DNA from: an uncultured Nitrospinota bacterium
GTDB lineage: Bacteria > Tectomicrobia > Entotheonellia > J063 > CAVPRW01
NCBI GenBank assembly: GCA_963707985.1
Contig: CAVPRW010000042.1
Coordinates: 1-64,000 of the forward strand
Direction: 5' to 3'
Length of the DNA stretch: 64,000 nucleotides
In this document: piece by piece, positions 31,149-41,427 of the stretch
Numbering within the stretch: the stretch's first letter is position 1
How the letters are laid out: every line of letters begins with the position of its first letter
Translations under genes and position numbers: made by a program
The notes under the pieces: model-generated
The model's input: the letters and a program-made list of their open reading frames with translations, nothing else
Told to the model about the DNA's origin: nothing
Databases searched by the model: none

Positions 31149-33022
31149 GTGCGCCACGACGGCGCGGAAAGGAGGCCGCGATGGTCACCTAGCCGCCGCC
31201 TGGCTGCACAAGCGATGGAGGGAGGCCCTCCGGAGCCGGCTTGCAGGAGCAGGCTCCAAACCACCTGAAGCTGCAGCGGTCAAGAGCCACTGTGGTGAGC
31301 GTGCAGGAAAAGGCGGGCCACAGAGCCTGTCAGGTAGGGACCAAGCAGACGAACGCAAGTGAACCGCTGATGACGTGTCGAAAGCGTAGGGACGACGTCA
31401 AAACCGGGGGGAGTCGTTACCCCGGGAGCAGTCTGGGCGAGACCTGCTTACGGCCCAGGCGGCGTCCGGCATGAAGGCGGCGTGAGCTTGGTTCAGGCGC
31501 TTGTGCGGAACGTGGGAACCTGTCGCCCCGATGCCAAGGGAGAAACGCAAGTGGAGGCCCCATAAGCGTGAGAGTACCGAGGCGGGGCACAGGGGCGGAG
31601 TCACCCGTAGTAGCGAGGAAGGCCCTGTAATGGGGCTGGAGCGAAGGGGTGACAGTGTCTAGCTTTAGCCAGAGGTCAACCCGCAAGGGGAGGAACCGGA
31701 TGGAGAAAGCAAAACCGTGCAGTATTTCCAAGCGTGAAGTCTGGGAGGCGTATAAGCAGGTCAAAGCCAACCAGGGAGCGGCTGGCGTAGATGGCCAGGC
31801 GATCGCGGAGTTTGAGAGGGACCTCAAGAATAACCTCTACAAGCTCTGGAATCGGATGTCCTCGGGGAGTTACTTTCCGCCGCCGGTGCGGCGGGTCGAG
31901 ATCCCGAAGGGCGAGGGCCGGACGAGGCCGCTCGGGATTCCGACGGTGGCGGATCGGATCGCCCAGACGGTGGTCAAGCGGTCCTTGGAGCCGGAGGTGG
32001 AGAAGATGTTTCACCCCGATTCCTATGGGTACCGGCCGGGGAAGTCGGCGCTGGAGGCCGTCGGTCAGGCGCGCGAGCGATGCTGGCGCGACGACTGGGT
32101 GCTCGATCTCGACATCCAAGGCTTTTTTGACAACATCGACCACGAGCTGATGATGCGGGCGGTGAGGAAGCACACCGACTGCCCATGGGTGCTGCTGTAC
32201 ATCGAGCGGTGGCTGAAGGCCCCCGTGCAGAGGCCCGACGGCACACTGGTCGCGCGGGAGAAGGGGACGCCGCAAGGCGGGGTCGCGAGCCCGCTGCTGG
32301 CGAATCTCTTCTTGCATTATACGTTCGATGTGTGGATGCAGCGGCATCATCCGGACATCCCCTTCGAACGCTATGCCGATGATGCGGTGTGCCACTGTCG
32401 GAGTGAGGACCAGGCGCAGCAGCTACGCCACGAGCTGGAGCAGCGGTTTGGCCGCGTGTCGGCTGGAACTCCATCCGCAGAAGACCAAGATCGTCTACTG
32501 CAAGGATGATGATCGGCGAGGAACCTACCCGCACGAACGGTTCGACTTCCTGGGCTATACGTTTCGGCCCCGGCGGTCGAAGAATCGCTGGGGGAAGTAC
32601 TTCGTCAACTTCAGCCCGGCGGCCAGTGCCGAGGCCACCCGCGACGTTCGGCGAGAGCTACGGCGCTGGCACCTGCACACGCGCAGTGACAAATCCCTGG
32701 AGGACCTCTCCCGGATGTTCAATCCCGTGCTCCGGGGGTGGGTGAACTACTACAGCCGGTTCTACAAGTCGGCCCTCTATCCGACGTTCCAGCATCTGGA
32801 CCGGATCCTGGTCCGATGGGCGCTGCGGAAGTACAAGCGTCTGCGGGGACATCAGCGCCGAGCGGCCCACTGGCTGCGACGGATTGCCCGTCGCCAGCCG
32901 GAGCTGTTCGCGCACTGGCGTCTCTGGCAGGCGGCGGCTGGACGCTAAGAGCCGGATGAGCCGAGAGGTTCACGTCCGGTTCCGTGAGGGCGCGGGGGTG
33001 AGACTCCCCCGCGCTACTCGAC
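31149..33022 (+). mobile_element. Complete nested group II intron, class D (RmInt1-like); RT ORF 31700-32948 with one frameshift ~32450
   Basis: 5' GTGCG; ISKREVWEAYKQVKANQGAAGVDG, FERYADD; DV gagccggatgagccgagaggttcacgtccggttc; 3' ctactcgac. Confidence 0.93.
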
Positions 33023-33945
33023 GCGTGGTCTTCAGTCCCACGCACGAAGGGGCAGTCGAGGCCCGACACCGCCTGAGCCAATGGCTTGGGACACGCGGGT
33101 TGCGACTGTCGGACGAGAAAACCCACATTCGTCACGTTGGAGACGGCTTCAATTTCTTGGGGTTCAACATCCGGCACTATCCGACCCCCAATAGCTCGCG
33201 CCGTGGCTACAAGCTGCTGATGAAACCGAGCCAGGACTCCATCAACCAGCTCAAGGGGAAGCTCAAAGGACTCTGGCGCAAACATGTGGGCTCGCCCGCG
33301 GTGGCCCTGATCAATGAGATGCATCCAGTGATCAGGGGCTGGAGCCATTACTTCCGTAGTGGTGTGGCCACAGAGGTGTTCGCCGAATTGGCCAGTTTCA
33401 TGTATGTGCGCGCACAGCGCTACATGAAACGACGCCACCCGAGAAAATCAGGTTGGTGGAGAACCCAGAAATATTGGGGCCGTACCATCGGTCGACAGGA
33501 CCGATGGGTCTTCCAGGATCAAGACCGACATGCCACGCTCCGGAAATTTGCCTGGACACCGATCGTACGACATCGGCTGGTCCCAACCACGTATTCCCCC
33601 GATGACCCGACCCTACAGGATGACTGGAGACAACGACGGGCGAGGTCCCACACCCTGGCCTATCGCCAGCGGCACCTGGCCCAACGGCAACACGGCCGTT
33701 GTCCCGTCTGTCACCCGCACCTGGAACATGGAGAGGTTCTCCATACGCACCATGTCGTGCCAACGCACCATGGGGGCACGGAGGACCTCGCGAATCGGCG
33801 ACTCGTGCATGCCAACTGCCATCGTCAGATTCACAGCACCAGTGCGCCTCTGGGGGTACGTCGATGGCTTGAGCCGTATACCGGGTGATCGGTCCGCACG
33901 GTTCTGCGGGGAGGGGATGAGAGCGATATCATCTCCTTACCCAAC
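33023..33945 (+). mobile_element. Group II intron C, 3' part (CL-like RT6-7, X domain, HNH endonuclease, DV/DVI)
   Basis: GLRLSDEKT..FNFLGFNIR..IRGWSHYF..CPVC..HHVVP..GG..N..H.NCH; DV gagccgtatacc..cggttc; end ttacccaac. Confidence 0.88.
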
Positions 33946-34094
33946 CATCTCCCTGGACGTCAGCGCCATCCGGCGCGGGTCAGGGTCACCACGACGAGGA
34001 AGTCGAAAGCGAATGCTGGTCTCGGTCATGAGCCCCCACGTGGGCTACTCTGAGAGCCGTCCCGGGTTCGGCTCGAAACGCTGGCCATGTCGCT

Positions 34095-34553
34095 TCAAAG
34101 GATATGTTTTTCATAAAACATATGGAATGGGCCTTCTTCGTAGTCCCCAAACGGCGGGATGCGCTGAAACCCGTAGCGCTCATATAAACGGCTCGCTTCT
34201 GGTTGGTAAATCCCCGTTTCCAGCCGTAACACGTCCACACCATGGTGCAGGGCATAGGCGGTGAGATGATCGAGCATGCGCCTGCCCATGCCCAAACCAC
34301 GAAACGGTGGGCGCACATACATGCGCTTGATTTCACCGTATGCCGTGCCAAAGAGCTTTATACCTCCGCATCCGGCCGCAAGGCCATCATGGCGTATGAC
34401 GAAAAAGGCCACCTCCTCTTCGAGTAGCTTCTCAATGCTATACCCGTAATGGTCTTCTATCGGATAGAGGGGGATGAGATACGCATCGAGCTCAGCAATC
34501 AGAGCCGCAGCATCCGCCGTGTCAGGGGATTCGGGCATAATGATGGTCGGCAT
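34095..34553 (-). CDS. GNAT acetyltransferase
   Basis: EIKRMYVRPPFRGLGMG, LETGIYQPEASRLYERYGF. Confidence 0.9.
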   Translation of the reverse strand: MPTIIMPESPDTADAAALIAELDAYLIPLYPIEDHYGYSIEKLLEEEVAFFVIRHDGLAAGCGGIKLFGTAYGEIKRMYVRPPFRGLGMGRRMLDHLTAYALHHGVDVLRLETGIYQPEASRLYERYGFQRIPPFGDYEEGPFHMFYEKHIL

Positions 34554-34902
34554 GCACCACCTCACAAACCTCGTTACATGTGGGGCGATTTGGCAAGATC
34601 GGGCTCCCTGACGCCGCTTCGCTCCGGCAAGGGACCGTTTCATGTGGAACCATAGAGACGGCGTCTTTGCGCCCAGGAAGGACAATTGTCCCCTATCCTA
34701 CCCTCTCCTTCACCGGCAAAGGAACAAACCGCTCAGGGGTTCCAGGCCTGTTGTTCATCCCGAGTCCCGGATCATGCCAAGTGCTTCTCTCTCACATCGA
34801 TGTCACGCAGGCAAGTCGGCACGGCCCCATACATCCTACTCCGCATGATTCAACCATGCGATTCCCAAGGTTTCGGGCTTTCTTGGCGCGACCATGCGCG
34901 AG

Positions 34903-35790
34903 TTAGCTGGCTGGGGGCGCCGCAATCCAGCGCGGGACGCGCGCGGGAATCTTGTCGTCGCCCAACTCGCGGCAGAGCGGTTTCAGTCGTTCCTGCGCAC
35001 CATGCCACTCGAGGTCAAGGCTCCTCTCGTGGAGAGGTACATCCAGGCGCAGAGTCGCCAAGCGTCGATACAGAAGCACATCTGCCTGATGAGACCTGAG
35101 ACTTTCGGCAAGCCGGAGCGCCCGGGAACGCCCCAGACCCCATCGGCCAGGGTCTTCGGGAATTGACTCGAGGTGTTCGTAACGGGAGAGCACCGCGCTC
35201 GCAGACTTTGGCCCCCAGCCGGGGAGCCCGGGGTAGCCGTCAGCGGCATCGCCGACGAGGGCGAGCCAATCGGGAATGGAGCCGGGCCGAACCCCGAATT
35301 TCGCCAGCACAGCCGCTTCGTCATACATGATGTCGCGGCGACGGTCCCAACAGACCACCTGGTTGCCCGAAACGACCTGGGCTAAATCTTTGTCCGGGGA
35401 GCAAATGACGACCTGGTCGACGCCGGCTTCGCTTCGGAAGCGTGTCGCCGCAGCAGCGAGCGCATCGTCCGCCTCGAACTCCACCATGGGCCAGACGACC
35501 ACCCCTAAGGCCGCAACGGCCTCCTCGGCCAGCGGGAATTGGGCCAGCAGGTCTGACGCGACACCTGTACTGGTCTTGTATCCTGCGAAGAGGTCATTGC
35601 GGAAGGACTCGATGACGTGATCGAACGCACACGCCACGTGAGTCGCGCCCGACTTCGAAAGAAGGGAGAGCAGGCTGTTGAGGAGGCCGAGAGTGGCGCC
35701 GACTTCGCGGCCGTCCGGAGCCTTTTTGGGAGGCGCGCCGAAGAAGCTGCGGAAGAGCTCATAGGTGCCGTCTACTAGGTGGATCCTCAT
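34903..35790 (-). CDS. Stand-alone 5'-3' exonuclease (flap endonuclease)
   Basis: LVDG, FEADD, SPDKD, LVGDAADGYPGLPGWGPKSA (H3TH). Confidence 0.92.
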   Translation of the reverse strand: MRIHLVDGTYELFRSFFGAPPKKAPDGREVGATLGLLNSLLSLLSKSGATHVACAFDHVIESFRNDLFAGYKTSTGVASDLLAQFPLAEEAVAALGVVVWPMVEFEADDALAAAATRFRSEAGVDQVVICSPDKDLAQVVSGNQVVCWDRRRDIMYDEAAVLAKFGVRPGSIPDWLALVGDAADGYPGLPGWGPKSASAVLSRYEHLESIPEDPGRWGLGRSRALRLAESLRSHQADVLLYRRLATLRLDVPLHERSLDLEWHGAQERLKPLCRELGDDKIPARVPRWIAAPPAS

Positions 35791-36183
35791 GTGTGTCGCT
35801 CCGTGAGTCGACGTCCTCACGCCAATGAAGTGCACAGCGCCTAGACATCATGACTTCCGATGGATGTGACGGTGACGACTCGGCTCCGGTTCATGACAAA
35901 CGCGCTCCTGACTTGGCTCTATCCAAAGTATGGCAATGATTCGCATCGAAGTGGGCCACTTTCTCATTGCACCCCGCCGTTTCAATTACTTACGGGTGCT
36001 GAGCTCCGAACATTGTACTCAGCGGGTCAGTTGAAAAGCTGTTGTGCCGACCTGCAAATACAAGCCGATGGACGCCCACGCTAGTCAACGCGGATCCGGA
36101 CCACCACGATGTGGGAGGGGAGAGGGCAAGCTATTGTCCGCCATGAGTAAACCTACACTCTTGGGCTACCCCCAGCAGATTTC

Positions 36184-36439
36184 TTAGCGGTATGCCTGCC
36201 CACGCGACAGGATGCGCAGCCCCTCCAGCGTCCGCACTTCTCCTCGCGCCAGCTCCTCACGCGCCTCCTGTACGGCGTGGCGCTCTTCGTCTGTCTCAGC
36301 TGCGTCGTCCAATGGAGCTTCGAGCAGCGTCCGCAGGACTGGATCGGCGGTGGCGCGAGTTAAGAAAGCGCTTGGCGGCTGCCAATTCCGACTCGGGGAG
36401 CTCGTCGATCAGCTGATGTAAGGTGTCTCGCATGGGCAT
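36184..36439 (-). pseudogene. Orphan antitoxin-like gene, frameshifted
   Basis: MRDTLHQLIDELPESEL../..APLDDAAETDEERHAVQEAREELARGE; no toxin follows. Confidence 0.5.
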
Positions 36440-36590
36440 CCATCATCCTCCCCAACACTGATGTACGAGCCTCAAGATTGCCACCAATAACTTTGATAAG
36501 CTCGATACATCAAGAGACTTTCGCTCACAGGGCGGTAACGGCTCGAAACCCCATGAATGCGTTACCACAGCAATCTGTGCTCCGTCGTAT

Positions 36591-36935
36591 TCACCTTGCT
36601 TCGTCAAGCGTCCGCTCCGTGCGCTGATTGGCTACCATGGACGCGACGCAAGCCTCTCCAGATACGCTTGGAACCGATAATCCGCTGATCTGAAAGTCAG
36701 AGGGCAAACCAAAGGCTGCGAGGGCTTGCTGGCGCTCGTCATCGTTGTCTGCTAAACGCTCGGGGAGCACGTGGTCAATGACGACATGCTCCAGACCTGC
36801 TATACGCTCACCCGTATAAGCACAGCGGCCCTCATAGACGTACCACAGGGCCACGCGGAGATGCCCATTGAGCCGTTCCTTCGACGGCTTGGCCCTATGC
36901 CTGCTGCTCCCCTGCTTGACGTGATGTTCCGACAT
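36591..36935 (-). pseudogene. HNH endonuclease N-terminal fragment
   Basis: YEGRCAYTG...IDHVLP; second half of the HNH motif is absent. Confidence 0.55.
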
Positions 36936-36968
36936 AATCGTCCCGTGGTGGTATGGCCACCACCTGTC

Positions 36969-37199
36969 CTACCATTTCTCCCGAAACTCTCGGAGCACTT
37001 CCTCCGCTGAGAGGTTGAGGTAGAGCTCCGTCGTGGTCAGTCGATCATGGCTGAGGAGCCGTTGCAGGGATGGCAGCGAGATGCCTTTTTGAATGGCCGT
37101 CACCGAGAAGGTGGGGTGTAGCGCGTGGGGGGTAACCGGCCGACGGAAGCGGGCGCGGTTGGCCACGCTCTTGACCACGCGCTGAATCGTCCGAGGCAA
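36969..37199 (-). pseudogene. Tyrosine recombinase C-terminal fragment next to tRNA-Leu
   Basis: VTPHALHPTF...LQRLLSHDRLTTTELY (box II, degenerate). Confidence 0.75.
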
Positions 37200-37278
37200 A
37201 AGGCGACAAATTAGTGGGGCCCCTCGTCCAGAGTATCGTAGCGCCCCTGTGCATGCCCTACAATGAGGATGTCATATC

Positions 37279-37318
37279 ATGCAAAAAGGGACTGGACATG
37301 TCCAGTCCCTTTTTGCAT
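37279..37318. terminator. Perfect 40-bp palindrome, probable bidirectional terminator downstream of tRNA-Leu
   Basis: ATGCAAAAAGGGACTGGACA|TGTCCAGTCCCTTTTTGCAT. Confidence 0.7.
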
Positions 37319-37404
37319 TCAGCCAACGTCGTTAGGTAATCGTTAGCTAACAAGCGCTTGTGATGCGCTGATAGATTACATCCAGAGGAACAACTTGCTT
37401 CTAG

Positions 37405-37488
37405 TGCCGAAGAGAGGACTCGAACCTCCACCCGGTTGCCCGGACCAGACCCTGAATCTGGCGCGTCTACCAATTCCGCCACTTCGGC
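37405..37488 (-). tRNA. tRNA-Leu(CAG)
   Basis: GCCGAAG acceptor, anticodon arm CCAGA-TTCAGGG-TCTGG, long variable arm, GTTCGAGTC; CCA not encoded. Confidence 0.97.
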
Positions 37489-37509
37489 ACGGGAACTTTC
37501 GTGCGTCCA

Positions 37510-37538
37510 AATATATGCAAGCCTCACGGAAAAGTCAA
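37510..37538 (-). promoter_or_regulatory. Sigma70 promoter for tRNA-Leu
   Basis: TTGACT-17 nt-TATATT. Confidence 0.6.
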
Positions 37539-37563
37539 GCTCATGACTAAGCCGGGAACGCCG

Positions 37564-37593
37564 TTGACAAGCTTCGAAATCCAGTGTTACATT
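37564..37593 (+). promoter_or_regulatory. Sigma70 promoter for the mutase operon
   Basis: TTGACA-18 nt-TACATT with extended TG. Confidence 0.5.
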
Positions 37594-37647
37594 GCGACAC
37601 ATAGGAAGCAGACCCCTCACTTGGGGCAGAAAGGAGGGATGCAACGT

Positions 37648-38073
37648 ATGGCGGATAGGGCACGCGCCATCCGAGTGCTGGTCGCCAAGCCGGGTCTCGA
37701 TGGCCATGACCGTGGCGCCAAGGTCCTGGCGCTGGCGCTGCGCGACGCCGGTATGGAGGTCATTTATACGGGCCTGCGTCAGACACCGGAGAAGATCGCC
37801 CAGGCAGCGATCCAGGAGGATGTGGACGTGGTCGGTATGAGCTGCCTGTCAGGAGCGCATATGCACCTCTTTCCCCGGGTTGTAGAACTCCTTCGGGCCC
37901 AGGGGGCTGATGATATCCTGGTCCTCGGCGGCGGCATCATCCCCAAGGAAGATACCCCCAAACTGAAGGAGTTGGGCATCGCAGAGGTCTTCGGACCTGG
38001 GACCTCGACCCAAGATATCATTCAATATATCCGCCAAGCGCTGGCGCGCTCGGATGATACGCGAGACAGCTAG
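37648..38073 (+). CDS. Acyl-CoA mutase cobalamin-binding subunit
   Basis: [25 protein letters not shown]. Confidence 0.95.
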   Translation: MADRARAIRVLVAKPGLDGHDRGAKVLALALRDAGMEVIYTGLRQTPEKIAQAAIQEDVDVVGMSCLSGAHMHLFPRVVELLRAQGADDILVLGGGIIPKEDTPKLKELGIAEVFGPGTSTQDIIQYIRQALARSDDTRDS

Positions 38074-38106
38074 GAGCGCTGGTCCTTCCACGCGTGGGAG
38101 AAGGGT

Positions 38107-38517
38107 ATGCTGCAACAAATCGACCACATTGGCATCGCTGTCAAGGACCTCGACGAGACGGTGGCGTTCTATCGCCAGGTCATGGGGCTTGAGGTGAGTT
38201 CAACTGAGGTCTTCAATGGCATGAAAATCGCCTTTCTCCGCATCGGCGACAGCGAGATCGAGCTCCTCGAAGACCTGACCCCCGACGGCGCGATCGCTCG
38301 CCATGTCGCGAAACGGGGGGAGGGCGTACAGCACATGGCCTACCGTGTCGACAACATTGAGCAAGCCCTACAACACGTGCGCGCCAAGGGCATTGCGCTA
38401 ATCGACGAACAGCCACGCCCCGGGGCTCGTAAGGCACGTGTCGCCTTCTTGCACCCGAACAGCACCAAAGGTGTGCTCATTGAGCTCGTTGAGCCGGAGA
38501 GCTCGCCCCTACCATAG
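38107..38517 (+). CDS. mce: Methylmalonyl-CoA epimerase
   Basis: IDHIGIAV, IELLE, GEGVQHMA, FLHP..GVLIELVE. Confidence 0.93.
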   Translation: MLQQIDHIGIAVKDLDETVAFYRQVMGLEVSSTEVFNGMKIAFLRIGDSEIELLEDLTPDGAIARHVAKRGEGVQHMAYRVDNIEQALQHVRAKGIALIDEQPRPGARKARVAFLHPNSTKGVLIELVEPESSPLP

Positions 38518-38710
38518 TAGAATCACGTGCACAGCGCTCTGGACCTCTCCATGCCATGCTCAGCTTGCCCTCCGCGCGCAGCCAACTTCCAACACCAGAT
38601 GTCCCTGCGGGGGAGTGTCGACAAGTCGGGAATACCCCGGAGCTGTTCTGCGGGTCTGACGAGCCGCATGGCTATCGCGCCCAGCCAGTGCACCCGACAG
38701 AGGGCAACCA

Positions 38711-39721
38711 GTGATGACGAACGAGGCCTCCGTGAGGGCTCTTGTAGAGCAAGCGCGCACCGGCGCCCAGCGGCCGCTGGCGCGACTGATCTCTATGGTC
38801 GAACGCGACGAGCCGTCGGTGCCAGGCATCATGCAGCAGCTCTTTCCCCACCTTGGCAAGGCTTATTCCATTGGGATCACTGGCCCTCCAGGGGGTGGCA
38901 AAAGCACACTCGTCGACCGACTGACCGCCATCCTCCGGCAGAAGGGCCTCACCGTTGGCATCATCGCCGCAGACCCAACCAGCCCTTTCTCGGGGGGGGC
39001 GATCCTAGGCGATCGCATCCGTATGCAGCAGCATTACCTCGATCCCGGCGTATTCATCCGCAGTATGGCGACGAAAAACCGTCATGGAGGATTGCCGCCC
39101 GCGGCTAAAGATGTGATGAAGCTGATGGATGCAGCGGGCAAGGATATCATCCTGGTCGAAACCGTTGGCGTCGGCCAGACGGAACTCGATATCGTCGAAA
39201 CCACCGACACCACCGTCGTTCTGCTGGTACCCGAAGCTGGGGATGCTATTCAAACGCTCAAGGCGGGTCTGATGGAAATCGCCGATATTTTTGTTGTCAA
39301 TAAGGCGGATAGAGAGGGTGCAGACCGGCTGATGGCCGAGCTGAGGATGATGCGGGAGATCCAACTGGCGCCCGGCGGGTGGGATGTTCCTATCGTTGCC
39401 ACTCAGGCCCACCGGGGTGTTGGAGTCGAAGCGCTGTACGACAAGATCGGCGAACACCGACGCTTTCTGGAAACGTCAGGGGAATTGCATCGGCGGCGGG
39501 CCCAGCATCGCCGCAACGAATTGTGGGCGCTCGTCGAGCATCAGGTCAGGAGGCGGTTGGCAGAGCGCGTGCGGGAAGACCCCGAGCTCGCGGCGCTCGT
39601 CGAGCTGGTGATGCGAGCGGAGGTCGACCCCCATACGGCGGTGGCCCGGATTCTGGACGACGAGGGAACGCTGCGGCGTTGGCTGCTGCCGGGGAACGCT
39701 GACGCTGAACGCATCCCTTAG
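38711..39721 (+). CDS. meaB: Mutase-associated GTPase MeaB
   Basis: GPPGGGKST, GGAILGDRIRM, ETVGVGQ, NKAD. Confidence 0.95.
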   Translation: MMTNEASVRALVEQARTGAQRPLARLISMVERDEPSVPGIMQQLFPHLGKAYSIGITGPPGGGKSTLVDRLTAILRQKGLTVGIIAADPTSPFSGGAILGDRIRMQQHYLDPGVFIRSMATKNRHGGLPPAAKDVMKLMDAAGKDIILVETVGVGQTELDIVETTDTTVVLLVPEAGDAIQTLKAGLMEIADIFVVNKADREGADRLMAELRMMREIQLAPGGWDVPIVATQAHRGVGVEALYDKIGEHRRFLETSGELHRRRAQHRRNELWALVEHQVRRRLAERVREDPELAALVELVMRAEVDPHTAVARILDDEGTLRRWLLPGNADAERIP

Positions 39722-39730
39722 GAGGGCATC

Positions 39731-41098
39731 ATGGGAGTGACGGCACAACTGGCCGCCTTCATTGTCGATACCACCGCCGCAGACATCCCACCGCTAGCCT
39801 ATGCTCGAGCCAAGGAGGCCATGTTGGACGGGCTCGGCTGTGCCCTGGTCGGTTCTCCTACGCCTATTGGCAAACTGGTGACGCGGTATGTCCATGAGCG
39901 CAGCGAAACCCCCCGGGCTGCGGTAATCGGCAGCGGCTTCAAGACCTCGGCAGCGCTCGCGGCTCTTGCAAACGGCACCATGGCTCACGCGCTGGATTTC
40001 GATGATGTGAACTGGAGCATGAATGGCCATCCGACCGTACCGTTGCTTCCGGCGGTGCTGGCGCTCGGGCAGGAAGTCCATGCTGCCGGTTCAGACGTAC
40101 TATTGGCCTATGTGTTAGGCTTTGAGATCGAGACCAAGATCGGACTAGGCGTCAACCCCAGACACTACGACCTGGGCTGGCATGCAACCTCGACGCTTGG
40201 TACGCTGGGTGCGGCGGCAGCGTGTGCGAAATTGTTGCGACTGGACGTCGAGAGAACCCGTATGACTTTCGGGATAGCGGCCTCTACGGCTGCCGGTCTG
40301 CGGCAGAACTTCGGTACCATGACCAAACCTCTACATCCTGGGCAGGCGGCGATGAACGGCGTCACCGCGGCGCAACTGGCCCACCTTGGATGGACAGCTG
40401 ATGCAAATATCATCGAGGCCCCCTACGGCTTCTGCCAGCTATATGCCGGCACAAACCAGTATAACCTCGAGGCCATGGTCAAGCACCTGGGTAATCCCTA
40501 TGAACTGCTGACCAGTGGTGTGGCGATCAAACAATATCCCTGTTGTGCCTTTACCCACCGGGCGTTAGATGGCATCCTGGCGCTAGTGCAGCAGCACCAG
40601 CTAAGCGCGGCCGACGTTGCCAGCGTCGAATGTCTGGTGGGACGGCCAACCATCGAAGTCCTCCTGCACTCGCGCCCGCACACCGGCCTGGAGGGGAAGT
40701 TTAGCATGCAATATTGTCTGGCTGCGGCCTTGCTGGATAAACGCATCGGGTTGCTGTCGTTTTCAGACGAGAAAGTCGGACGCCCGGCGGCACAGCAGCT
40801 CTGCGAGCGGGTGACCATGAGGTTACATTCGGAGGCGCAGGACAGGGGCACCAGCGGCGAAGATCTGCCGGTGACCGTGACGGTGAGGCTCCAGGATGGC
40901 CGCACGCTCAGTACACAAATCCTGCATCCCAAAGGCCATCCGGCCAATCCGCTCACGGCTGTTGCCTTGCAGGACAAGTTCGAGGATTGTGCCTATGGCG
41001 TGCTGGAGCGCCAGGACCTTCGTCACGTGATGACACTGGTGCAGAGTCTGGAACAACTTGACGACATCGGCTCACTCATGGATGTGTTGATGGCCTGA
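39731..41098 (+). CDS. MmgE/PrpD family protein
   Basis: AHALDFDD, GHP, GWH, IKQYPCC, KFS, PKGHPANP. Confidence 0.9.
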   Translation: MGVTAQLAAFIVDTTAADIPPLAYARAKEAMLDGLGCALVGSPTPIGKLVTRYVHERSETPRAAVIGSGFKTSAALAALANGTMAHALDFDDVNWSMNGHPTVPLLPAVLALGQEVHAAGSDVLLAYVLGFEIETKIGLGVNPRHYDLGWHATSTLGTLGAAAACAKLLRLDVERTRMTFGIAASTAAGLRQNFGTMTKPLHPGQAAMNGVTAAQLAHLGWTADANIIEAPYGFCQLYAGTNQYNLEAMVKHLGNPYELLTSGVAIKQYPCCAFTHRALDGILALVQQHQLSAADVASVECLVGRPTIEVLLHSRPHTGLEGKFSMQYCLAAALLDKRIGLLSFSDEKVGRPAAQQLCERVTMRLHSEAQDRGTSGEDLPVTVTVRLQDGRTLSTQILHPKGHPANPLTAVALQDKFEDCAYGVLERQDLRHVMTLVQSLEQLDDIGSLMDVLMA

Positions 41099-41189
41099 TC
41101 TTTGGGAACCAACCGAGGGGACAAGTGTGGAAAGCGTTGAAGCCTTGGTGCACCGTCTTCAGGTCATCGTTGGAAAAGCATTCTTGAAA

Positions 41190-41427
41190 TGACCAACCGC
41201 TCCGTTCGGTGGCCGCCTTCTGTGAGGATATAGGCCAGCCATAGCACCGCGGTCCAACTCCAACTATGCCCCCGTTGCTTCCTATGGCGGGAGATATGCC
41301 TGTCGAGTGCTTCCAGAAAGCCGGTGACCATTTGCCCGATGAGCAAGGCTACAGCATCGACCCACTCCGTGATGATCACCAAGTCACTTTTCCGACAACG
41401 ATCCTGGACGTGTTGCGCCAGATGCAC
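41190..41427 (-). pseudogene. Transposase N-terminal fragment (IS1634-like)
   Basis: ITEWVDAVALLIGQM..LDRH..WTAVLWLAYILTEGGHR. Confidence 0.55.

Noticed and set aside
27930..33945. Retron, DGR or Abi reverse transcriptase system
   Set aside because: The RTs carry group II intron hallmarks (GTGCG 5' ends, DV/DVI, RT0, X domain); no TR/VR pair or msr-msd seen.
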